This document shows, piece after piece, positions 1 through 11,410 of a DNA stretch of 61,789 nt (its first letter is position 1; each line of letters begins with the position of its first letter). Source of the stretch: Octopus bimaculoides (taxonomy: Eukaryota); assembly GCF_001194135.2 (NCBI RefSeq), contig NC_068987.1, positions 6,559,299 to 6,621,087 on the forward strand. Reading direction: 5' to 3'. The notes below the pieces were generated by a model that was not told the origin of the DNA, did no database searches, and saw nothing but the letters and a program-made list of their open reading frames with translations. The translations under genes and the position numbers were made by a program.

Positions 1-32
<32 letters not shown>

Positions 33-828
33 CTTATTCTGCTCTGGAATAGGTAAGTGCAAGTGTCCTTCCAGCCGGCATGTCTATCTCCCTTCCTTTT
101 GTTTTTCCTATTGTGACTCCCTCCCTCGCCATTCCACACTCACTGCTTTGTTCAGTCCTTTGTTCCTCAAGAAGTACAATCATTTGAAATTCTCTCCTTG
201 CCCAGATTTCCTGCAGACATTGACATATGGCAGCTGCTTCCATCCTGTCTTGTCTCATGCATTCTACAAAGGGCATTCACTTTTTACTGCTTTCATTTTT
301 AACAATTTATTCATCAAAATTAACTGGGAATTGATTCAGTTTCCCTCCTCAGCCACCTCTTTGCATTGGTGGCTTTGTTCCACAATAGATATATATCCTA
401 ATATAAATAAATAAATAGGTAAATGAATGGAAATCTTACTGGTGGGTGTGCTAAATTATAAGGCACTAGAAGAAAATGACTCTTCCCAGACACAACAGAA
501 TATGCTTCAACACACAATCTCACATACAGAATCTAGCAAACCAAGTCCAAAAACGAAATATATANNNNNNNNNNNNNNNNNNNNNNNNNNNNNNNNNNNN
601 NNNNNNNNNNNNNNNNNNNNNNNNNNNNNNNNNNNNNNNNNNNNNNTCTGTTCTTGGCCTGTAGACTGGCGCCACCTTCAGGACTTCATTGTTGATTATA
701 GATTACTCCAGTGCTTCAGTACTTATTTTAGTCTGGCCCTGTTTTTTCTCGTTTTGTACATTTTACAAATCGGCCAAGTTATTATTATTATTGTTTCCGC
801 ACTGGTCTTATTGTTGTTGTGTCAAAGT

Positions 829-1110
829 GATGGTGTGTGGCTAAGGGGTTAGAATATTTTGTTCATGATTGTAAAGTTGTGAGTTCGATTCCCGACGGCA
901 TGTTTTGTCCTTGAGCAAGACACTTTATTATTTCACATTGCTCCAGTCCACTCAGCTGGCAAAAATGAGTAGTACCTGTATTTCAAAGGGCCAGGCAGCC
1001 TTGTCACATGTGTGTGTGTCATGCTGAATCTCCTTGAGAACTACACTAAGGGTATGCATTGTCTATAGAGCACTCAACCACTTGCATGTTAATTTCACAG
1101 TTCCATTGAT
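829..1110 (+). mobile_element. tRNA-derived SINE family D copy
   Basis: gtgtggctaaggggttag...gagttcgattccc...ccttgagcaagacactt. Confidence 0.7.
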
Positions 1111-1290
1111 CAGATCAACTGCAACACTGGCTTCTTGCCAACTTAATGTGGAAGTCCTAGGAAAGGGAAGAATGCTACTGATATTTAACCCCAAGCAGCA
1201 CTGTTTTTAGTTGGCTACATGAAACAAGCGTTCTGTGTCCTTAAGTTTTCAAACAGAGGAGACAAGCACCTCCACCCAACAGGTCCAGCA

Positions 1291-1333
1291 TCCAGAGGCT
1301 AGTTTCAGGGTAATTGCCCTTCATCAATCTGGA
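1291..1333 (-). ncRNA. degenerate minimal type I hammerhead ribozyme
   Basis: Minus strand reads tccaga UUGAUGA aggg-caauua-cccu GAAA cuag CC ucugga; 6-bp stem I and 4-bp stem II are perfect; C3U and U16.1C substitutions. Confidence 0.7.
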
Positions 1334-1990
1334 GTAGCTTGGCCTTGCTAGCTGTCGGTGCTTTATTGTTGTTGAAAACTTATAGAATTTCAAGTGAAAT
1401 ATTTCAATAAAAATATGAAAAATCTAAAATAAAATGATTAAACTCATTGTTATTTCTTTAATATAAACACATGAAAGAATGTTTCTTATATATACAAATA
1501 TAAGTGCATGTTTATACACACACTCATTCACATAGACACATATTTGTGTACACACATACACACACGATGGACTTCTTTCAGTTTCTATCTAACAAATCCT
1601 CTCACAATGTTCTGGCCTGCCCAAGGGTATTGCAGAAAATATTCGCCCAAAGTGCTGTGCAAGCTTTTCAACCACACAACAATCACGTCTGTGCCTCTGT
1701 GTCTAGCCATGGGGAAATATTATCTTGCTTAGAAACAGGTGGGAGTTGACAACAGGAAGGGCATCCAACTATAGAAAACCTACCCCAACAAATTCCTTTC
1801 TGGCTAATGCAAGCATGGAAAAGTAGACTGTATATGATGATGATGATAATGATGATGATGATGATATATATACACACACACATACATACACAGGTGAGTA
1901 CATAAGTGCAAAACAAGGTTGAAAAAATAGTACTCGAATACCAAAGGTAGAGTGATATTCTTTTTATTGAAGCTGCAAAATTATCACAGA

Positions 1991-2028
1991 ACTGTTACTC
2001 AGTTTCACGTTCCTGTTCGTCAGGCAGT
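1991..2028 (-). ncRNA. minimal type I hammerhead ribozyme (left arm of an inverted pair)
   Basis: Minus strand reads acugc CUGACGA acaggaacgu GAAA cugag UA acagu; core intact, stems slightly eroded. Confidence 0.75.
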
Positions 2029-2038
2029 TGTGATGAAT

Positions 2039-2080
2039 AACTGTCTGACGAACGGGAACATTAAACTCTAATTAACACTT
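2039..2080 (+). ncRNA. degenerate hammerhead copy (right arm of the inverted pair)
   Basis: aacugu CUGACGA acgggaacau UAAA cucuaau...; G12U and eroded stem III; reverse complement of the left arm. Confidence 0.55.
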
Positions 2081-2373
2081 CTGTGGTAATTTTGCAGCTT
2101 TAATTAAAAGTATATAATTATTATATATAGTTGAAGATCATGGTGTATCTATTCCAAAAGTTACAAGTCTTTATTGATTATGAAAAAATTTTGTTTTTAT
2201 AATTTTTTATAATTTTCTGTAATATTTTTTCACCTGAATAAAAAGTTCTGTGTTGTCTTTTATTTATGAATATTTCATTTTCTGTTTTAAAAAGTTTCAC
2301 CTCAATATACACAAATATACATACATAGATTTTGAAATCTTTGAACGTTCTCTTTTATATTCTATTTTCACAG

Positions 2374-2557
2374 ACGCCGTCATCACTTGCTGAAGATGTT
2401 TCCAGTAGTGCAGTTCTTACACAGTTGGATGGGGATGGTCTCGTGGAACGGGGGAACTGGAGTGGACGGTTCGATTTCCTCATGTCCTTATTGGGGTATT
2501 CCGTGGGTCTCGGCAACGTGTGGAGGTTTCCCTACCTAGCATACAGCAATGGAGGGG
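2374..2557 (+). CDS. SLC6 visible exon 1 (TM1)
   Basis: ttttcacAG|ACG; TPSSLAEDV...[33 protein letters not shown]; G|GTAAG; phase 0 to 1. Confidence 0.93.
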
Positions 2558-5500
2558 GTAAGTTATCTCCCTTGGACTCATTCACTCATTTTTTTTTTGC
2601 TTCATTATTATTCTCTCCCTTTATATGTCATGCAAACCATGATACAGGCACAACATGAAGGGCTCAGAGTGGATTGTTAGCCTGTTAGAAATAGCAGCCA
2701 AATTCTCCTCATATCACACTTTACTGTCATAAAAAATGTGGAAACGTTATTGGAGAATGTCTCAGATGTATTATGACTGAATAAAAGATGGAATGATCAT
2801 GGCTGCAATAAATTTGATATAGGTCTGCTCATTCAACAACAACATCACAAGCAGTTACTAGAACATCATCACCACGCACGTCTGTGCTTCTTGAAGCATA
2901 AAAACAGTAGAATATTTAAGCTGGATCTGACCAGTTTAACTGCTGAAGGGTGAAACATCACTTGTATAATTCGTTCTCTTTTCTCTCCCTGTTTCTCTCT
3001 TTTACCGGTCTCACTTTATGCCTATTTCTATTCGTTTAGGGGCATTTCTTTTCCCTTTTATATTGATGTTGATATTAATTGGAACACCATTGATGTTTAT
3101 GGAGCTTGCTTTCGGCCAGTTTGCATCTCTGGGTCCAGCTGCTATCTTCGACCGATTCTGTCCTTTATTTCATGGTAAGTACAATATATATTCAAACTAT
3201 TATATTTTAACATGTTTATGATGTTGATGTTATTACTGATTATGATGCTGATGATCATCATGACCATGATCATGATGACGATGACAGTGCTGTTAACCCT
3301 CTCGTTACTGTATTTCTGTTGAGATGCTCTGTGTTTCTTTCAATTACTTTCAATATAACAAAGAATTTAGTAAAATAACTTAGTTATCATTAATCCTGAG
3401 ACCTTAATCTGAGGCTTCTGCCAGGGGTGTAGTCAGCCCACTTATGCGTACCATTCCTTCATTGGACACTAAACTCTGTTTGCGAAGACCTGTTGAGGCA
3501 AATGAAATCGATCCAAATTTGACGACTGGCACCCATGCCAACCCCTCCTTCATTGGACACTAAACTCGGCTTGCGAAGACCTAAGGCAGCGAACTGGCAG
3601 AATTGTCAGCATGCTGGGCAAAATGTTTTGTGGTATTTCATTCATCTTTATATTCATATCATTTGGTGTTGATAAAATAATAAATTGTGCACTGGAGTCT
3701 GTAATTGACTTACCCTCACTCTCCTGAAATTTGAAACCAATATTCTCATCACATGTTTATAGTACCAGAGCTGTGACCCCCTCAAGGTGGAGAAGTAACA
3801 GCTCAACGAGGAGAGAGTCCTTGATTTCCGATCTGTGCACCCTGTGAAGAAGTATTATTCTGGAGATCCTTTGAAGGAACAACATTTCCACTGCTTGTAT
3901 TCCTGATCATACACTTTCAGACATTACCAAACATTCATTTAAAAACTTGAATTTGAAACTAAGAAATACGAACAAGATTCATACTTCTTTCTTCATATTT
4001 TAATCTCTTTGTCTTATCTCCTCAGATCAGCTCATCCTTGTGTGATGTGTGTGTAATGTGTGTGTGTGATGTTTGTGTGTGATGTTTGTGTGTGTGTGTG
4101 TGTGTGTGCTTGTTTACTGCTCTGTCTTATTGTTTATCTTCCTCTATGTCTGTTGTTTGTTTACCAATATCTTTGTTGATTTCCCTAAATTTGAATTAAA
4201 TTTTTACCTAATTTTCTGACACCTTTTCGCTGTTGTTTTGACGATGACCTTTTGTTGTCGCTGTTGTTTTTGTTTGACAACCGCGATCTTCACTCTTTCA
4301 TTAATTATTTCTTCCTTTCTCTCTCCTTATCTTTCCATACTATTTTTACTCTCGTTCTCTCAACCACCACCACCACCACCACCATCACTAAAATCAACAT
4401 CATCACCATCGACACCATCTCCCTCTCCATGCCAATAAACCAAGGATATCCAACACTACTGCCACTACCCAAACTGTGACAACAATTATAATCACTGTCA
4501 CTATCATCAACACCACGATTATCATATCCACCACCACCATTCCCATCATCATCAACAACAACAACAGCACCACCACCACCACCACCATTCCCATCATCAT
4601 CAACAACAACAGCACCACCACCACCACCACCACCACCACCATTACCATTATTACTATTCCTGTTTTCTAGGTCTTGGTATTGCCATGATATGTGTATCAA
4701 GTCTGGTGGCTGTCTACTATACAGTAATTATAGCCTGGACAATTCTGTACCTGTTCATGTCGTTTACATCAGAACTTCCTTGGGAAAGCTGTGGAGAAGA
4801 ATGGAAAACACAATGTAAGAGGAAGAATCTTTTATTCATATATTATATAATTTTATATGTGAAGGATCATGGCTCAGTGGTTAGAGCAGGGGTTGATGAA
4901 CAAAGGTAAAAATGAAATTCTTGGGGGTAATGAGGGCTCATTAGACATAAGTGAAATTATATTAAAAACGTGTTCCTTGTTACAGCAGAAATATTTCTTC
5001 TGATTTGAGGAGGCAGTCAAAAACGTTGCTGCCTTTTGCAACAACCTATCTCTGCAAACAAGGATTTTCCACTTCAATGAACATAAATACAAAGCAGAGA
5101 AATCAATTGAACCTTGAAGACTGTATTCAAATTGTTCTGGCATCAAAATGCTCCAATTTTGATGTAATTGTAACAAAAATGAAACAACATCATTTCTCCA
5201 AAACCTGAGGTGAAAAAGTTTCTAGAAAAATCCTTTTGTTTCATAATAGCCCATCTCGCTCAAAAGGCCCCTGAATAAGAGTTGTTTAAGATGTTGAATG
5301 AAACACCCATGTTTCCAGAGGTGAATTATTCAAATCCAAAGAAATCCTTTCAACACATGGCTATGATGCCCCCCACACTACTTCTGCTCGCAATCAGAGA
5401 TGCACATATCGTCAGCCAGTAAGGGACATGCTCAACTGGTTAAGGTCAAGCAAATCTGTGATATTGAGCAGAATATTTGCTGTAGTCCATCTTTTATACC

Positions 5501-7985
5501 AAGACAAAACAATGTACATGATAACACTTCCAATCAGTTAAGATCAGAAGCCATGAGAGCCAATGCCTGGTACTGCATCAGGGCATTTATTATTATCATC
5601 ATCATCATCATCATTATTATTATAATTGTTGTATTTTTTTGTCTTGCAGTTTGTTACACTTACAAAGAAGCAGACGCTTGTGCCAAAATAAACGGCAGTG
5701 TATATTATAATCAAACTTGCTTCAACGCAACATATGCTGCATCAGAAAACATAGTAGAACTTGCCAAAAATTCATCAATACGACATGTTCCAGCTCAAGA
5801 TTTCTTTGAGTAAGTTCACCGATCTTAGCTATGATAGGTTTATTTGCAACTTATTGTTTAATTCATAACAAAATGCTTTTCCATTCCCTCTCTTCTGGGA
5901 ATGGTTATATTCACACTTCCTGCCTGTGATTCTGATACATATTAATCCTGCACACTGATTACTGTGTCGCATTTGTTGCTCTTTTTTATTCTTCCATGAT
6001 ATTCATAATGGTCACCAGGAATGAACTTAAATAAATTTATCCCCTGAATCTCCTCAGAAGATGGTTTAAACCTAGAACATTCAGATCACTCTGTTAAATC
6101 TAATGCTTATGCATTCACATTGTTTTGAATTAATGGACCATATCGAAATCGAACCAAATTCGATGACGATATATATATCTATCAAACAAGTACCAGTTGA
6201 ACACTGGGGTTGATGTAATTGACTAACTTACCCCCTCCCCAAAATTGCTGGCCTTGTGTCAAAATTTGAAACCATTACATATAGAGGGGCACATATTTGG
6301 GGTACCATCTTTTTTTTATTCTTTTATTTGTTTCAGTCATTTGACTGCAGCCATGCGGCAATGAATCAAGCTACTTTCGTGTCTTACTTTGAACTCCATT
6401 GTTGTACTGTTGACTGACTTCTTCATATACACCTCAACTATTTAAAACACCTACATACAGTATACGTGTATATATGGAGCGTGGCCGTTGCCAGTACCGC
6501 CTGACTGGCCTTCGTGCCGGTGGCACGAAAAAGCACCCACTACACTATCAGAGTGGTTGGCGTTAGGAAGGGCATCCAGCTGTAGAAACTCTGCCAGATC
6601 AGATTGAAGCCTGGTNNNNNNNNNNGTAGAAACTCTGCCAGATCAGATTGAAGCCTGGTGTTGCCATCTGGCTTCACCAGTCCTTAGTCAAATCGTCCAA
6701 CCCATGCTAGCATGGAAAGCAGACATTAAACGATGATGATATGTGTGCATGTGTGTGTGTGTGTGTGTGTGTATAAACGTAGATAATGATGTTCACCATT
6801 AATGCTCAACATTGTAATTGCAGGCGCCATGTCTTGAACATATCTTCTGGTATTGAACACTTAGGTGATATCAGATGGCAGGTTGTCCTGTGTCTTCTTT
6901 GTGCATGGACTTTGACATTTTTCTCTCTCAGTAAAGGAGTGAAATCAACAGGAAAAGTAAGTTGCTCTCCATCTTTGGACTTTTGGTATTTATATGCATC
7001 ATTGCTTTTTTTATGTATTCCTTCCTTCCTTCCTTCCTTCCTTACTTCTTTACATCCACCCACACTCCTGCAAAGTCTCAGGCTTTGTGCCTATTGTAGA
7101 AAGGAATATTCAGCCTGGTAATAACTGTCTTGAGAAACTGAGGTACTTTAAGCAAAAAAAAATTGGAAGAAATATAACGATCACTTTACTGATGACGATG
7201 ACATTGATGATGATGACGATAATGATGACAGTAACAGTCACAACAAAACTGATGATTATTTTGCAGTCTGTATTGAAAATAATGAGCCAATTAATGTTGA
7301 GATAATATGGAATACAGTGGAAACTTTAATTTGTCTCTGAAGCCTGTCCATCATCTAAAGTGTTTTTAAATCAAAACTATTTTTCCCATAAGAAATTCGA
7401 GAAATGGCACAACAAATTCAAGCAGGAATATATACCGAGTGAAAACTCCACACCAACTGATGTTCCCTGGTGATACTCCCAGCTTGTCACCAACTGTTGT
7501 TGTCAGCTTGTTGTTTTTGTTTTTCAAAACACTATTCAACACCTGAAATATTTTATGTTTGAGAAATTGTTCATAAACCATTTGTTTGTGATGAGAGATG
7601 TTTGTAAATCTAGGCTCCACTGTATAAAGTTGTAAACAAGTAAAAAAAATTTAAATCATCTTTTAAAACTTCTTTTTACAGGTGGTGTATTTCACTGCGC
7701 TATTCCCCTATGTTGTACTTTGTATCCTGTTTGTTCGAGGTGTGACGTTACCTGGTTCATTAAAAGGAATTATATTTTACGTCACTCCAGAGTTCCACTT
7801 ATTAAAATCTGCTAAGGTTAGTTGGATTTAATTTCACTCCATAAGCAATATTTTCACAAATGTATATTCTTTGCACATAATGAATTTTTATTCAGTTAAC
7901 CAACTCATTGCAACATCAGTGATTTGTCAGTCACTGTTTTATATATATTTATCATCATATATATAATATGGTGTACTCTCAAACG

Positions 7986-8024
<39 letters not shown>

Positions 8025-11000
8025 GAGGATGACTATATATATATATATATATATATTTGAGAGCACAATGCAGATATATTATCATAAATTCAGATCTTAT
8101 TAACTCTTTAGCATTTAAAACGGTCATATCTGGCCCAAATATTCAACTAATTATAAGTTCGAACTGGCTAGATTCAGCATCTCTGCAATGTCATTCTAAA
8201 AATAAGCAATCACATTTTCGAAATCTCTAAGCAATGAGATAATGCATGCTCACTTATATAAAATGTGAATAAATAAGCATTACATTTGACAGAAAAGTTG
8301 AATGCTAAAGCTAATGTACTGGGCCACAGAGCAAGGTACATAACTCTGTTTGCTCCAGATTTTCAAACTCAGTTTTAAATTATCTCCACATTTCTATTTC
8401 TTCTTTATGGTTAGCAACAAGTGTCCTGCCATAAAAAAACAATTGGTCTGACAAATAAACCATTCTATTCACAGAAGAGAGAAACACAGTTATAAAACAG
8501 CAATATATTTACTCAAGCACACTTCATGGAAGTGAAGAGCAGACCATTTCTAAAATGTGTGCAACCCATCTTAAGTCGTAAAATCTTTATATCATAATTA
8601 ATGGCTGAGTTGTTGGAGCGTTGGTCTGCCAAGAAAAAAATCTGCATTTTATATTTTGTGCTTTGCTTAGTTGAATAAAGGTACTTGGTGATGTCATACC
8701 TTTTGTCTTATATTTATTACTTGTTTCAGTCATTAGACCGCTGCCATGCTGGGGCACCACCTTGAAGAATTTTTGGTCAAATGAATCAGCCCCAGTACTT
8801 TTAATTTTTTAAGGACTGGCACTTATTCAATTGGTCTCTTTTTGCCAAACCCATAAATTGATGGGGTGTAAACGCACCAACTGGAATTGTTAAGCGAGGA
8901 CTGTGAATCTCGTATTAGTTAATTTTGTAGGAAGTTAGATGGAAAGAGTTGCAAGTGAACATAATTTTGGTGTTGAGGCCTAAAAAGCAGGCCTGTACAT
9001 TATCTCTACACTCTTACTAGCTATCTGATATCATCATCATCATCGTTTAACGTCCGTTTTCCATTCTGGCATGGGTTATACGATATATATATATATATGT
9101 ACTTTATTAAAAAGCAGCAAAAATATTACAAAAACTGTTACTCACAGTTTCACGTTCCCGTTCATCAGACAGTTTTGTTTAGAATGGAGCAAAAGCATAT
9201 TACTCTACCTTTGGTATTTGAGTACTATTTTTTCCACCTTGTTTCATATTTATGTACTTACTTCATATTTATGTACTTACTCTGAGTGGTTGGCGTTAGG
9301 AAGGGCATCCAGCTGTAGAAACTCTGCCAAATCAGACTGGAGCCTGGTGTTGCCATCCGGTTTCACCAGTCCTCAGTCAAATCGTCCAACCCATGCTAGC
9401 ATGGAAAGCGGACGTTAAACGATGATGATGATGATGATGATATATATATATATTGTATAACCCATGCCAGAATGGAAAACAGACATTAAAGGATGATGAT
9501 GATGGTGATGATATATATATATATATATATAGCTTCTTCAGATATACATACATATATGTATCTGAAGAAGCTATAAGGTGATGTGCTATATATATCTCAT
9601 AGCAGAAACAGCTGTAAACTAATGCATTTCACTACATAATTTCTTGTTACCTTGTCATTCGTTTACTTTTATTTTACCCTCAGTTCTCAACTGATGCTTT
9701 TTTCTGAAGCATTCGAATATTGAGTTGTAACCCCCAGGTTGTTAGTTTTGCTATGCATGAATGAAACATTAGAATATATACCTATATATACCTGTCTATC
9801 ATTTACTGTATTACAGGTGTGGAAAGAAGCAGCTGTGCAGATATTTTTCTCACTTAGTCCAGCCTGGGGCGGACTGATAACACTTGCCAGTTATAACAAG
9901 TTCCATAACAACTGTTATAAGTAAGTATATCACCCTGTTTCTTTATTGTAACTACTATGGATATGTATGCATATATGTGTGAATGCATGGATGTATGTAT
10001 GCTAAAGGGTGTCATTTGTCCTCTTTCAGTGAGTTGTGTGTGTGTGTGTTTGTGCATGTGTATGTATACTTTATAAACTTAGCAGATTTAATCTCTCTGT
10101 AAAATTTTGAATTCAACAAATGTGTTTTTTTGTCTTTTCCTTTTCCTTCAGAGATGCATTGATTGTATCAATTGGCAACATTTGTACCAGCATTTTTGCT
10201 GGTTTTGTTATATTCTCTATCATTGGTTATTTGGCGAATGAACTCGATATGCCTGTTGATAAAGTTGTTGATCAAGGTCAGTCTATCTTTATTTATTTCA
10301 TGCTGTCTTTTCTCCTGCTGTTTGTTGTGATTTTTTTGTCATAATTGTTATTGTGTGTGAAAGGTTAATCTGCTGCACTGTTAAGCATAAATTGAAGGTT
10401 AAGAGTTTATCGAAACAAAAATACCTGCCTAATGTTTTGAATGCAAACACAGTATATGCTAGGAATAGGAATCATATATGGAAATGGTTTACTTGGGTAA
10501 TTCATGAATAAAAGTTAGTGTAAATATTTTGAACATTGTAAACAAGTAGTTTACAAACTAACATAAGCCTTGAGCAGTAATATAGTGTTTAGTGAAGTGT
10601 TAAACACCTATGGTATGCAAACTAATTGCCTCAGTTCTCTGTAGATACAGGATTTGTTGAGTAAAAATTACCCTTGCTGGGACCACGTAAAACACACCAA
10701 TGTTGGTTCCATGTAAAAAGCACCCCTGCTGGTGTCATGTAAAAAGCACCCCTGCTGGTGCCACGTGAAAAGCACCCCTGCTGGTGCCACATAAAAAGCA
10801 CCCCTGCTGGTGTCACATAAAAAGCACCTCTGCTGGTGCCACGTAAAAAGCACCCTTTCTGGTGCCACATAAAAAGCAATTGCTGGTGTCGCATAAAAAG
10901 TACCCCTGCTGGTGCCACATAAAAGGCACCCCTGCTGGTGCCGCATAAAAAGCACCCCTGCTGGTGCCACATAAAAGGTATCCCTGCTGGTGCCACATAA

Positions 11001-11374
11001 AAAGTACCCCTGCTGGTGCCACATAAAAAGCACCCCTGCTGGTGCCACATAAAAAGCATCTGTGCTGGTGCCATGTAAAAAGTACCCAGTACACACTGGA
11101 AAGTCATTGGTGTTGGGAAAGGCATCCAGCTGTAGGAAACATACCAAAGCAGACACTGGAGCATGATGCAATCCTTTGGCTCATTTGATCCTTGTCAAAC
11201 TGGTCCAACCCATGCCAGCATGGGACATGGGTGTTAAACGATGATGATGATGATAATGATGTATGTGTAATGTCACTCTCTCTACCCCTCTCTCCATTTA
11301 TGTGAGTGATCATCTATTTATGTTTGTATGTGTAGTGTTTCTCTCTCTGTTTATGTGTATCTAGTTATGTTTGT

Positions 11375-11410
<36 letters not shown>

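Noticed and set aside
1-60. Poly(A)30 followed by a consensus donor AG|GTAAGT as the missing first SLC6 exon
   Set aside because: The only open reading gives phase 1 while exon 2374 needs phase 0, no ATG is visible, and it is at the window edge
6582-6659. 34-bp direct duplication around a 10-N gap
   Set aside because: Identical sequence on both sides of the gap indicates an unmerged contig overlap, i.e. an assembly artefact
9686-9725. ctcaa-CTGATG...GAAT-attgag hammerhead-like string
   Set aside because: It lacks A9 and the full GAAA; too degenerate to call
10631-11171. Long overlapping ORFs of 167-177 aa
   Set aside because: Translation of the 26-bp tandem array; no protein signal
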